Assembly (NCBI GenBank): GCA_002104905.1
Contig: MCFE01000263.1
Span: 44,382 to 108,381, forward strand
Length of the DNA stretch: 64,000 nt
Direction: 5' to 3'
Source: Basidiobolus meristosporus CBS 931.73
Lineage: Eukaryota; Fungi; Basidiobolomycota
Positions 48,501 through 61,795 of the stretch are shown here, piece by piece. The translations under genes and the position numbers were made by a program. The notes under the pieces were generated by a model. The model did no database searches and had not been told where the DNA came from. It saw only the letters and a program-made list of their open reading frames with translations. How positions within the stretch are numbered: the stretch's first letter is position 1; every line of letters begins with the position of its first letter.

Positions 48501-51309
48501 TTACGCCTGGCTCTCTGGATAGATCTATGGATGGTGCGGGCATCAGAACTGCTCCGATGGGGAGTGTACGATCTTGCTTACCTCAGTGATGATTCCGGCT
48601 GCGATTGTATCGCCTCCCTTTCTAAGCATCACACGCCCCAAATCCTTGAATTCCTTGTATGTTTCGAGACATAAGGGTCGCTGGGTTTTGATTTCGATCG
48701 TGGCTGTGGTGGCTTTGGTCAGGCATCTAAATGGCATCGTTAGCTTGTGATGCCAGAAGGCGCAACGCAACCCATCCCCCGTACCTTGGCTTCTTCTTGA
48801 CCACCTCGCCCGTGCTTTTGTCCAGCACTTCCAGTAGGTTGGTGATAACCGCTGGCTCATTCAGACTTTGGTGATGAAGGATGATCTGGAAAATCAACGT
48901 TAGCCGGGGACTCTCTTATGGTTGAGGGCAACCAACGTACAGGATATCCGATGGTGATGGGGATAGCGATATCGAACACCACGATTTGCGCCTTGAACTT
49001 CGAGGCAACAGAGATCATGTTGGTCGGGCTACAGAGAACGGACCCGATGCTTGATGATAACCGAGTTAGTGCCAGCGGAGGTAATGCAAGACAACGCCAT
49101 ACCTGAGTTGTAATATGTCAATGTTTGTCAGGGTAAGCATGGCAGTGTCGCCAGCTGCTGCCCATTTGACGCTCTCCTCGTTGCTTTCGATAGCTTGGGT
49201 TGGAAAGGATTGTAAGCAAGGTGATGGGCCATTGGGATTGCCGAACTCCGGTTACCTTTGACAATTGCATACTCTCCAATAGGGGCAATGCCCACTTGCT
49301 CTCCGATCTGAATGGTTCCGCCCTCGATACGCCCGCTGACGGTGACTCCGCTTGTGCTACCTACACCGCCCTTGAAGAAATCGGCCACTGGCAACCTGAA
49401 CGGCTTGTCCAGCGGACGAGCAGGCGGCTCAAACGAATCTTGAGAAGATGTCTTAGAAGGGTGCTCTGAAGCCCGTAACCAGCAAGGCCGACCTACCGAT
49501 CTTTTCCAAAAGAGTAGGGCCCGAATACCATGAGCGCAGCTTGCTGTTATCTTCCGAGACCTTGATCATGTTTTCCCCCGTGAGGCCACTCACAGGGATG
49601 AACGAGATGTTCTGTTTACGGAAGCCTGCCTGGGTCAGAAATACCAGCAGCTGCTCTTTGATCTCCTCGAATCTGGCTTGGGACCAATCAACCTTGCGTC
49701 AGAGGGAGCCATGGTTAATAGATAAGCAAGAACAGGATCCAAGAGAAAGTGGTACATTGTCAAGCTTGTTCACAGCAATCGCCAACTGCTGCACACCCAG
49801 ACTGCGCACAAGCAGAGCGTGTTCCTTCGTTTGTCCATCAGCAATAAAGCCTGACTCAAACTCGCCGGGGGAGGCGTCAACTACAAGTATGGCAACATCC
49901 GCCTAGCGAAACCGAGTTCATTTCTGGAGATCAGGGAGAGGCAAGAGTACCGCCGGGCACTTACTTGAGCAGCACCAGAAATCATGTTGGGTACAAAATC
50001 TCGATGTCCGGGAGCATCCAGCAGCGTGAACTTCCGATTCGCACTCTCAAACTTCGTGATGGCAACATCCATAGTAACGCCCCTAGCAAAGGTTTGTCAG
50101 TACCGTGGCTGTCATGGCAGATTGGAGGGTTGCTTGTCACCTGCTGCGCTCTTCATCAGTCGCGTCCAGCACCCAGGCGTATGCGAACGAGGATTTCCCG
50201 ATCTTCTGCGACTCTCTTTCAAACGTGCAGCGAAGTTAAAGATAGCGATCACCGCAACAATAAACCCAAATGATTCAAGATAGCAAGGATATTTTTTCAT
50301 GGTCCGGTCGTTCACCTCACCGAGTAGATACAAGAGATGCCCCATGAGGGTGCTCTTGCCCGCATCGACATGGCCTAGGCAGGTTCTTTCAGTCACGAGT
50401 TACTATGGTGTAGAAAACACTCCTGCATACCGATAACAACCAGATTAAGCCCAACTTTGTCTGCTTCGCGTTTGCGAAACTCTTCCTCCACATTGATACG
50501 GTTGGCCAGTTTGACAGGCTTGACGGGTGCCTTTGCCTCGCTACTCTCCACTCTCACCCTTTGCTTGATTACCGGTGCAGGCGCGTCTGGGACACTTCCC
50601 TTGAAATTCAGTGCGTCCAGGTCGAATCGAAGATGCTCGTTGATGTCGTCTTCCACCTCAACAATCTCCTCAAAGTCTTGTGGTTTGCTTGTTTTCTTGG
50701 ACTCTCTTTCTTGGAGTTTAGCTTGCTGGGCTATATTTTCAAGCAGTCGATGTAAATATACCATGATCCGTCCAAATTCGCGTAGATAAAGCGAAAAAGA
50801 CCTTTGGCCTTCTCCAGTTCTTCCTGCTTTTTCTTCTTTTCTTTCTCCGCGGAATCTTGTCACCAAAGATATAAGCGAGAATTAGCAACAGGCTGCTACC
50901 AGCTGCAAGCGGCCCCCTTACCTAAAAACCATGCCACCGTTTTATCAACATCAAGATAATAATGCCATAGGGATTCCTCGATATCTTTTCTAGCAATGCT
51001 ATCGTCGCCCAAGATCTCTCTCACTTGATCAACAGCATTATCAAGCTCCTCTAAGGTGAGTGGAGAACAGGGTTAAATAAAATCCCCTCGGCAGGCGGGC
51101 ATTTCCACTACAAGGAGGCAATTGGCATTACCTTGATCCACCTCGTTATCGTATTCCTCATAATCATCGTAGGAATCGTAATCGTCCTCCTCAAGAACAG
51201 CTAAATCAAGAGAGAGATTAGAAACCCTTTGTTCTTGTTACTGCTATAGGCTATTCGATAGTGGATCACCGTTAACATCTAGATTGCGAACATTTCTATG
51301 ACGAGACAT
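48501..51309 (-). CDS. HBS1: Hbs1 translational GTPase (multi-exon)
   Basis: [11 protein letters not shown]-terminus, [48 protein letters not shown]. The last exon is inferred. Confidence 0.93.
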
Positions 51310-51637
51310 TATTCTGGTGTTCTCACACTATGCACTTTGTAAAAACGCCAACAGAAATTTTGTGGAGAACTAAAGTCTGGATAAATCTTATGACGTTAAT
51401 AGGATTGGGGATTCAGATATGGAATTTCATAAACCAGTATTCATCATTCCTGAAGTACAGTTGGGCTCCAGTGATTAAAATCCCCACCCACCAGCCACAT
51501 CACGATAGAACATAGCAGAAGTATATATTTATTAAGTTATTACGACACAACATAATAACAAAGTGGTGAAATCGGGTGAGAATAGCATACTGAGATATTT
51601 AAGCTTTGTGGCTGGCCGGAACATGTTGAGAGTGCGG

Positions 51638-54249
51638 CTACTTGCTCATTGCGATTTTGTCCCCTAGATTAAATGGAGGATTAGCGACGATCCTATTCGA
51701 CCAATGAATCTTGCGAATTTCGCGTACCAAGACTTAAAGCAATTCCTTGGGTCTTGCTACGAATACGAATATGACCGGTGATCTGTCCTTCTTTATGTTG
51801 CTCTATACTCAGGTTAGCGATAGCGTCTTCGCCTAAACGGATCAAGAAGGTGTGAGTACGGGGGCACAGCAACAGCAACGAACACGGACACTATACCAAA
51901 GATACTCTTGGCATACAGATTGGCGGACAAAAAGCCGCATTCTCCGGAAAGAACGCTATCAGGTGTGAGACACGCCATGTTTGTGGATTTGAGGATATGG
52001 TCTAGGAAGGCCTTCAGATCACTGCATCTTGAGTGTAAATAAGCCATCCAATGCAACGCCACGTGTATCGAGTATACTTACCCTGCAGTGGTACTAAGGT
52101 TGACCTTGTTTTCCCATTCAAACTCGGTCCACATGTTACGGAACTACAAATCCCAGCATGAGTATATGAGTCAACTCCTGCTGGCTTAAATGAAACTTAC
52201 CTGAGCTTCGGTACAAGTAGCAGGATTGATGTAATCCATGATGTCAATACGAATGTCATTGAGGATGATACAATGGCTTCCAGAAGCCCCAGGTCCATCG
52301 TAAATGATGTTACCAAAGATCACCCCTGTTTCAGTAGAGGAGACCTGAGGGAATCAACAAGATTTAGTCCCGGTCAGTGGGGAAAACGGCTTACAAAAGC
52401 TTACCTTGATATTGGCTTTAATGCTATGGAAGCTGTGAGGGCCTACAGTGTATTGACCAGGCTTTTCCACAAGTCTTAGATCACCAAGGGTGGAAAACTC
52501 TATGGTCAAGTTTTGAAGAGTCTCACTGGTTTGGTTGATAACCAATACGTCTGTAGAAGTATGTTAGCGTTGTTCATATTTTCAAGCAACGTTGTTTGTT
52601 ACCTAGCAACACATCGTATTGGTTAACAGTTACATAGGCCTCCGCATAAACAGGGTCAGAGAATCCTAGACGACGTATTTAGTTGCAGAAACCAGGAAGG
52701 CGATGGAATTGCTCGGCCTATTTACCGGTTAGTTGCACAACGTGGTTCAATTGTGACATAAGACTATCACGGCCATAGCCCTCGCCAGTAGCGCGAGTCA
52801 AATCAAGCTCAAACTAACAGCAATCAAGTCAATACATGCTTGGCGGAAGTGCTGCAGTGCTGTACACAAACCTCGTCGGCTTCATCAGCAGCATTCTTCT
52901 TTGAGAATTGACGGAAAGTGATAGCATCGTCGACTTGAATTTTAGTAGCTTTCTTGTTTTCCGATTTCTTCAGTGCGTTCTTTTGCTGTGATCAGAGGAG
53001 AAACCGTTGATACAAATATTTACCGATACCGAATCTAATTAGAGTTTACCTCTTGAACTTGGACCATATTGGTAAAGGCGGCCTTGCAATCAACAGTGAA
53101 AATATTCTTCATGACCTTGTCGGCGGGTAAGCCTGCGAGTGATTTGATGCAGGACATGATGCGATCATAGGAGTCCTCATCAATAGGAGCAGGTGGGAAT
53201 TGTGATTGACCAACTCGGATAATGCCCGTCATGATAAGCATCGCCTGCATGCAAGGTTAGCCGGTGCAAGTAGATGATCAACTGCCTGAACAATATTACC
53301 TCAGCACGAAGGATGTTTCTCTTTTTCTCATCATCGCACAAGTCGAAATATTTATAAACAAGCTTGGTCAAGGTGGAGGATAACACTGCGCCCAAGAAAA
53401 AGTCGCCACCCAATATTTGTGCTAAAAGAAACAATGTTACTTGTTGCTCGAGGGATAACAAAGCGTAGATATGGTTTACCTCTGAGAGGAGGTTTATCAG
53501 CTGCTTTGATGGCTTCAATTTGGGAGGATGTCTTGGAGTCTGCGGTCAATGCACTTTCAGAAGCGTACGTTCCATCGGCTAGAATACGACGGGAGGAACT
53601 AGCTGTAGGTTGTTTGGAGTCGTAGGTCGTCTCTGAAGACTCCTCCTCTTTCTGGGCCTGCTCCAACATGCTCTATTGAGTCCAGTGTCAGCTTGCAATT
53701 CAAATATTAAAGACCCGTCAACATGTTGCAATTAGTACCTGCTCTGAAGCCAAAATAGGTAGCTCTCCTAATCCCTCTCTGATCTGCTTCCAGGCCTCTT
53801 GAATAGCTAAACCGAACATTACAATGATGCCTTGAGCTTTAAGAAATAAAAGGAGACGAACCGATCGAATCGTCCGAGTATTCGCCAATAATCCAAAGAG
53901 CGCCTCTTATAGCCTTGCTAGATTTCATATCTAGGAAAATCTCCAGCAATTTCCCGGTAATGCTGGTTCTCAACGCGGGAATCTTCTCAATAACCTCACT
54001 ATTTGATATACGATATTCAGTGACGTCCTCACCAACAAAGTCAATGCCCACGCAACATACCGAACGAATGCCAAGACGTCGACAGCAGCACTATTGTTTG
54101 CATCATATAGGAATTCCATCAAAACATGGACCACATCGGAAGCAACTTCCGAGAAACGGATGGCACAAGTGTGAATGGCTTGAATCATAAGCTGACGGTA
54201 TTCAGTATTCTATAGAAAAAATATGACATCGATTATTAAATACTGTTGG

Positions 54250-54305
<56 letters not shown>

Positions 54306-55818
54306 TATGTGTGTATGTGTGTTTGACTTTTACCTTTTCATAATCTTGGTCTTGAGTCTTAAGGAGCTCCTTCTTGAGGAAAGAAACGACCTCAACAACG
54401 TTACGTGCAGAAACCATCTCTAGCGCAATGGTCAAGGCTTTACGGCGGACGTCAATGTCCGGACTGCATAGAAAGATAAGCAAAGGGCACTGAGTCTATA
54501 AAATCTACTACCAGTTTACCTCGTCATAACGCGTAAGATATCCATAACAAGATCATCTAGCATACGATCATGCTTCTTGCGTAAATCATCTAAGCGGTCC
54601 AACACGATTAGTTTGATATTGTTGTCAGCTTCCTTAGCAATAAGCTCGATATAACAGGAAGCAACAGCTAAATGGAAAACTCTTTAGCGTCAAGGCTCGA
54701 TGTGCATATAAATTAACAGAACCAGTTAGTTACCCTTTACAGCAACCGGATTGTGGGTAAGAGCCATAAGTGTGGTAGCAGCCTCATATTTGACAGTATG
54801 CGAGGAAGCATTAAGCAAGTCAAATATGCACTTGATATACCGACCCTATATGAACGGATTTGCATGAGCATGACTGATACTACAGCCAAACTTGGTGGTT
54901 CAATAAACTACCTTCTCAGTGGTGTTGTTTCGGCAATCCTTACGAATTAACTCGATTATCGCAAGTTGCAGTGGCTCGTCAAATCCTTGGATTTGATTGT
55001 AAACTTGCTTGAGGTAATCGACAGCTCTAGACTGTTGGGTATTACACAACATCACAAACGCATTACGCTTGCATGTCATATCAGCTTCCTGAAATTCAAT
55101 AAATATCAGCATACGCCTTTGGCTCGCATACACAGAGTCCCTTACCGCAATGAGGAAGGTTTGGATAAGTTCAGGTGCATCGGGAATCAAGTAATCACAA
55201 TATTTGTAGATGCTGTATATGGCGAAAACGGCGTTCTTTCGTACATATGAATGACGATGTTCCTAATGGGCAGGATGGAATGAATAAGAATGTTCGATTC
55301 TACTCCTCATGAAATTCATGTATACCAAACAGCTTCTACAACAGGGGAGAAGTGGCTCTAAAAGCTCAGGCTCACGCAGTTTCGAGACAATTCTTAGAGT
55401 AGCACCACGAATATACTCGTTAGGATGCTGAAGATCGCTTCTGAGTGCGTTACTAAAAATAATCAACCGGTTACTCAAAACGTCTCACCTCTAAGTCATC
55501 ACGGATGAAAAGTTACCAAACTAAAAGCATCTCCTGCTTGAGCTTTCCATCAGCATTGGTCTTTGGGCATATCTCCCAATAGAAATGCAAGAGCTTTTTG
55601 AGAGCTTTGTTTTTTGAGGGCATAACAAAGCGGATTACGTGCATGAGAAGTTGGTTACAAGGGTCACCGTTAAGCATAGTAATTAGCAGCTTTCTCATCG
55701 TCTCAATCTTCACCTCATCAGAGCCTTTTTCAAAGGCGCTTTTGAATTCCTGAATCGACAATTGATCAGATGTATCATCTGTACAAATGACAGTATAGCA
55801 AGGTTCTGCAGCGACCAT
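51638..55818 (-). CDS. SEC26: Coatomer subunit beta (intron-rich)
   Basis: [84 protein letters not shown]. Confidence 0.95.
54250..54322. repeat. Compound (AT)12(GT)12+ microsatellite in a beta-COP intron
   Basis: Directly visible alternating purine-pyrimidine run. Confidence 0.95.
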
Positions 55819-56577
55819 TTCTCCAGGTCAAAATTGGGTAAGCTATCAGAGATATGAAAAGTTATTGCTATGGCTTAGAGCAGATAGCCCTAATGCTGCC
55901 ATAAAACATCACGGATCCAAAAATTCATTTGATTGGAAGTTGACGTCTGTGGCCCGTTGATTGCGTTATTGGCTCACTCCTTTGAGATAAACATGTTGCC
56001 TAAACCTGGGGTTTGCAAATCAGCATCTAATGCAAGCTGATTTTCTCGCATTCGACATAACAAACAACGCCAGGACGGCATTCAAAGAGTTCATTTAAAC
56101 CAATCTAACAATTTCACGTCAATCAAGGGTAGCGATTGGAGGGTTTTTTGCATTCCATAGTTGTGTCGAGCTCGAAGCTACTGACTGGGAGTTTAATCTC
56201 GACGTCACGAAAATTCTTCCCAATGAGATGATGGCATGTACGCAACAACCTACACGATTAAATTATTGCGGTAATTGATCACCATCGTTGCAACTTTCCA
56301 TTCGTTGTATCGAGCTTTCTTGAAAATTCCATCCACTGACACTGATCGCAATTGCTCGGTGGTGCAATATTATTTCCTGACAATTATAACACAAACGTCC
56401 AATCAGAGCGTGACAACACCCGGTGCGTCATAGAAACCATCAACATTTCGTCCCTGCCGCACCATCAGGTTACTTATTTAAAATGGTAATTCTCGGACTT
56501 CAGTTACAACTAACTTGTTCCTCTTTTCATTCCCCTCTAGTTTCTTCGCTACGAAGAGCGATTAGTTCAAGAGAACA
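55819..56577. promoter_or_regulatory. Divergent promoter of beta-COP and BiP with HSE, CCAAT boxes and an ERSE/UPRE-like element
   Basis: TTCttGAAaaTTC at 56317-56329. CCAAT-N9-TCACG overlapping TGACGTGA (minus strand) at 56100-56121. Six CCAAT/ATTGG boxes. Confidence 0.6.
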
Positions 56578-57192
56578 ATGATAAAGCGTTCTATTCTCGG
56601 GTATCTCGCCCTTTTCCTCACTCTGTTCCTTGCCACCAATGTGGCAACCGCTGCCGAGGATGAGACCAAGCAAAACTTGGGCTCTGTAATCGGTATCGAT
56701 TTGGGTACCACCTACTCCTGTGTCGCCGTTCGTAAGAATGGTCGTGTCGAAATCATCGCCAACGACCAAGGTCACCGTATTACTCCCTCCTATGTTGCCT
56801 TCACCGACGAAGAACGTTTGATCGGTGACGCCGCCAAGAACCAAGCTCCCTCCAACCCTACCAACACCGTCTTCGATGCCAAGCGTCTTATCGGTCGTCG
56901 TTTCAACGAGAAGGACGTCCAGAACGATCTTAAGCACTTCCCCTTCAATGTTATTGACCAAAACGGCAAGCCCGTTATCCAAGTCAAGGTGAAGGGTGAG
57001 GACAAGATCTTCACTCCTGAAGAGATTTCCGGTATGATCTTGACCAAGATGAAGGAGACTGCCGAAGCCTATCTCGGCAAGGAAGTTACCCACGCCGTTG
57101 TCACTGTTCCTGCCTATTTCAACGATGCCCAACGTCAAGCCACCAAGGATGCTGGTACCATTGCTGGACTCACCGTTCTCCGCATTATCTCC

Positions 57193-57228
<36 letters not shown>

Positions 57229-58548
57229 AAGACTCAAGGTGAAAGCCACATCTTGGTTTACGACTTGGGTGGTGGTACTTTCGATGTTTCCCTTCTCTCC
57301 ATTGATGACGGTGTTTTCGAGGTTCTTGCCACTTCCGGTGATACTCACTTGGGTGGTGAAGATTTCGATAACCGTGTTATCGACTACTTCGCCAAGTTGT
57401 ACCGCAAGAAGACCAAGAAGGATGTTACCAAGGACCTCAAGGCTATGGGTAAGCTCAAGCGTGAGGTTGAGAAGGCCAAGCGCACCCTTTCTTCCCAAAT
57501 GTCTGTCCGTGTCGAAATCGAAGCTTTCCATGATGGTGAAGATTTCTCTGAGACTCTTACTCGCGCCAAGTTCGAGGAATTGAACAACGATCTTTTCAAG
57601 AAGACCATCAAGCCTGTTGAACAAGTCCTCAAGGACGCCGATCTCTCCAAGAGCGATATCCACGATGTTGTTCTTGTTGGTGGTTCCACTCGTATTCCCA
57701 AGGTTGTCAAGCTCCTCGAAGATTTCTTCGATGGAAAGAAGGCCTCCAAGGGCATTAACCCTGATGAAGCTGTCGCTTTTGGTGCTGCTGTCCAAGCTGG
57801 TATCTTGTCCGGAGAGGCTGGTAGCGAAGATTTGTTGGTCTTGGATGTTAACCCTCTTACCCTCGGTATCGAAACTACTGGTGGAGTCATGACCAAATTG
57901 ATCCCCCGTAACACTGCTGTTCCTACCAAGAAGACCCAAATCTTCTCCACTGCCGTTGACAACCAACCTACTGTCCTCATCCAAGTTTTCGAAGGTGAAC
58001 GTCCTTTGACCAAGGATAACAACCATCTCGGCAAATTTGAATTGACCGGTATCCCACCTGCCCCTCGTGGCGTTCCTCAAATCGAAGTTACCTTTGAGCT
58101 CGACGCCAACGGTATTCTCAAGGTGTCTGCCGCTGATAAGGGAACCGGAAAGTCCGAATCCATCACCATCTCCAATGACAAGTCTCGTCTCTCTGAGGAG
58201 GAAATCGAACGTATGGTTCGTGAGGCTGAGGAATTCGCCGAAGAAGACAAGGCTTTGAAGGAACGCATTGAAGCCAAGAACTTGTTCGAGAACTTCTTGT
58301 ACACCTTGAAGAACCAAGTTTCTGATGAATCTCAACTTGGTGGCAAGATCTCCGCTGAAGACAAGGAGGAGATCCTCAAGGTAGTCAAGGAGAAGACTGA
58401 GTGGCTTGAGGAGAACGCTGCTTCTGCCACCAAGGAGGATATTGAAGAGCAAAAGGCCGAAGTCGAGGCCATTGTCAACCCCATCACTAGCAAGCTTTAT
58501 GGTGAAGCTGGTAGTAATGAGGAGGTCCCTGAGCACGATGAATTATAA
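56578..58548 (+). CDS. KAR2: ER Hsp70 chaperone BiP (656 aa, intronless)
   Basis: N-terminal signal peptide, [23 protein letters not shown]-terminal HDEL. Confidence 0.98.
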
Positions 58549-59175
58549 ATTTTGTTATCTATGTTCCTTCTTTAATTCATTCAGCCATCATTCAAAATTG
58601 CTTCATGTATCTCTAGAGTATAAATAAATTGCCATTCGATGGTTTCAAAGCATCAATATTTTTTTCTTGAGGTTATGGCCGGTAGATGTGAGCAAAGTAT
58701 GAGGCTTTGTTCTTTATTCCGCGACCCTAACTCAACTAGCGCAATGTAAACGGCGCTATACATTTGTGTTGCTAAACATTCATTGCTCGAAGTAATACGT
58801 AGATCAACAACAAAGATGTGCAATAATGTGAATGCATAGTTTGTGCTGCTTTCTTCGATCAGAAGTATAAATTTAATTTCAATTTCGTACTAATCCACCA
58901 ATCGCCCCTAAGCTTGTAGTAAACTTCTAGTTTAGGGCATGAATTAATTGTTTGTGTGAGGGCTGCCGTGTTATGATGCCAATGTTGCGAATGTCCTAAT
59001 CTGGTATGTGTAACACAAATACTACGTGACTGGCCCTCCTAGTTAGACTCATTTACTATGCTCCAACATTGTTAAGTGTAAAATTTGGGGGCAGGATGGC
59101 AAGCCCCATTAGGTAGACTTGGTTTGTATATTTTAGAGTCCCAAGAGCATGTGTGCAGAAATGGCAATCATCTAT

Positions 59176-59421
59176 ATTTACTTCAAATACTTCACCAAAA
59201 TATCAGGTACCCAGGACATGGAAAATTGCTAAGTTGACCAAAGAACCCCAAGCTTTACACATAAGTTAGTGGGACCTTGTTAAGCATATTTTACATGTTT
59301 ATTGTAACAAGACCATGTAACAGTATTTATATCACTATTACATTTGATTAGTTATAAAGCAAAAACCACACAATCAGCTTATTCTCCAAATCACTTCTAA
59401 TGTTTCCCAACTCTTATAACA
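59176..59421 (+). mobile_element. Partial copia-family LTR, inverted relative to 59438-59784
   Basis: Shares CACCAAAATAyCAGGTACCCAG, TTTATTGTAACAAGAC and CAGTATTTATATCACTATTACATT with the neighbouring LTR. Ends ...CTCTTATAACA. Confidence 0.8.
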
Positions 59422-59437
59422 TGCTCTAAGCACAAGC

Positions 59438-61700
59438 TGTTGTAAGAGTCTTGGAGATATTGGAAGCAATTGGAGAACAAGTAGATTATGTGGTTTTCAC
59501 TTAATGATTTATTGAATGTAATAGTGATATAAATACTGTGACATAGTCTTGTTACAATAAACACGTAGAATGGGTTAAGGAAGGTCCCAAGTACATGTGT
59601 GCAAAGTTTGGGGCTGTTTGAACAGCTTTGAGAATTTTCATGTTCTGGGTACCTGGTATTTTGGTGAGAATATTCTAAGTAAATCCCAACAAGGAATTTG
59701 TCAGTATTCTCTAGGATATGAAGGTAATGATCTAAGTAACTAAGTTATGTGAATATTTAGGTGGACATACAAATTTTTACAACACTCCCACTCAGCTAAA
59801 TGTTCATACTGACTAGTCCTAATTTTGACCTAAGATGTTCAAACTTGTCTCTAGCTGATGGTTTGGCAAATATGTCTGCAATCATTTCATCTGTATAACA
59901 GTAAACTAAGCTAACTAAGTTATTCTCCATAGCTTCACATATGAAATGATGTCTAATATCTATGTGCTTGGTTCTAGCATGAAAAGTTGGATTTCTACCT
60001 GATTGTATACATCCTTGATTATCTTGAAATAAAGTAATAGGTGTTTTTTGACATAGGCCTAAATCTGTAAAAAGCTTTCTTAACTACATTGCTTCTTTTG
60101 TAGCTTCACAGGCTGCCATGTACTCTGCCTCTGTGGTAGAAAGTGCTATGGTTGGTTGCTTTCTTGAATTCCACAAAATTGCTCCTTTACAGTAGAGAAA
60201 GGTGTATCCTGTGGTGGATCTTTTGTTTTCCAAATTTTGTCCCCAATCCACATCAGAGTATCCCACAAGATTCTGTTCTGAGTCCTTATAAGTGTATCTT
60301 AAGCAGATATCAGCAGTTCCTTTTAGGTATCTAAAAATCTGCTTAACTGCTGCAATATGATCAGATCCATAGTTCTGATTATGTTGGCTGACAACTCCCA
60401 CTGAATATGAGATATCTGGACGTGTTCCAAGCATGATATACATCAGACTGCTGACCATAGATTGATAAGGAAAGTCAGGGCTTTCAGATGGCACTAAGCT
60501 CTCTTGATTTGGTTGAGTGTTGACCAAGTTAAGGTTTGTGTCCATCAGGGTAGCTGCCGGTTTACAGTCTTCCATTTTGTACATCTGTAGTATATCTTGA
60601 ATATACTTGGATTGGCTTAGAGTGATAGTCTGAGTACTTCTGTCTATGGAGAACTTAATCCCTAGGTAGTAATGAAGTTCTCCTAAATTGGACATCTTGA
60701 ACTCCTTAGATAGGCTGGATTTAGTCTCTTCCAATGTTTCTAGGTTATTGATGGCTATAATAAGATCATCCACATATAGAGCTAATAAAATTGGATTTGC
60801 TCTATGTGGCTTATAGTATATACTATAGTCAGCATTACTCCTTTTGAAACTCAAAGATTCCAAATAAGAATCTATCTTGCAATTACAGGCTCTTGGTGAT
60901 TGTTTGAGACCATATAGTGACTTTTTAAGCTTGCAGACCAAATGGGGGTTATCTTGGTCAACAAACCAATCAGGCTGGTCCATATATATATCCTCATCAA
61001 GTTCTCCATTCAAAAATGCAGTTTTTACATCCATTTGATGAATAAAAAACTTATATTTGGCTGTAATAGCCAGTATTAATCTGATGGAATTAAACTTGGC
61101 TACCAGTGCAAAGGTCTCAGTATAGTCAAGTCCTTTTGTTTGAGAGTATCCTTTGGCTAAAAGTCCTGCTTTGTATCTTTCAATTGTAACATCAGCCTTG
61201 TATTTTGTCTTGAAGACCCATCTGCATCCAATTGATTTTTGGTTGATTGGTAATTTGACTAAGACCCAAGTTTGATTTTCCATCAGGGCCTGATATTCCT
61301 CAGTCATTGCAGATCTCCAAAACTTTGTCTGAGGGCTATTTAGGGCTTCTTTTACAGTCTGGGGCTCATCAATATGGACTGAATGGGCATAGGCTAAGTT
61401 TGTACCCTCATTGATATAGTAATTTGGGTTATTTCTTGTCCAATTGGATCTCCAGGCATTTGATACTGGAATGATCACTTCTGGGATATTCCTGGGCACT
61501 GATTCTGGCTGAACCATGGTTGTAGAGTCCTCTAGAGTGAAAAGGTTTTCATTTTTTTGCTCTGATTCAGTCCTGACAATTGGTGGATTTGAGATCACAT
61601 TTTTGTCATCATATGTTGTCATTTTTTGTGAAAATTTTGGATTTTCATCAAACAACACATCCCTGGACTTGATTAGCTTCTTTGCTTTGGTATTGTAAGG
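59438..61700 (-). mobile_element. Ty1/copia remnant: RT-RNaseH, PPT and 3' LTR (59438-59784)
   Basis: SRDVLFDE, KGYSQ..GLDY.ETFA, MDVKTAFLNG, LKKSLYGLKQSPR, YVDD, RTKHIDIR. One premature TAG at 60084. PPT TGAGTGGGAG abuts the 347-bp TGTTG...CAACA LTR. gag and integrase are missing. Confidence 0.93.
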
Positions 61701-61717
61701 CTTCCTCTCCCACATCT

Positions 61718-61740
61718 TTAGGAGGGTTAGGGTTAGGGGG
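61718..61740 (+). repeat. Short telomere-type repeat TTAGGA-GGG-TTAGGG-TTAGGG
   Basis: Directly visible at the LINE/copia junction. Confidence 0.75.
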
Positions 61741-61795
61741 GAGACAGTCACCAACAGGTGAAATATTTATTTCAGTTGAAACAAAGAAGCCAGCG

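Noticed and set aside
56527-58536. 669-aa antisense ORF opposite BiP
   Set aside because: A well-known shadow ORF of Hsp70 genes caused by biased codon usage; no independent motifs.
11000-58600. 6mA (ApT) promoter clusters known from early-diverging fungi; tRNA or rRNA genes
   Set aside because: Methylation cannot be read from sequence and I could not quantify ApT enrichment. No convincing tRNA cloverleaf or rRNA was seen.
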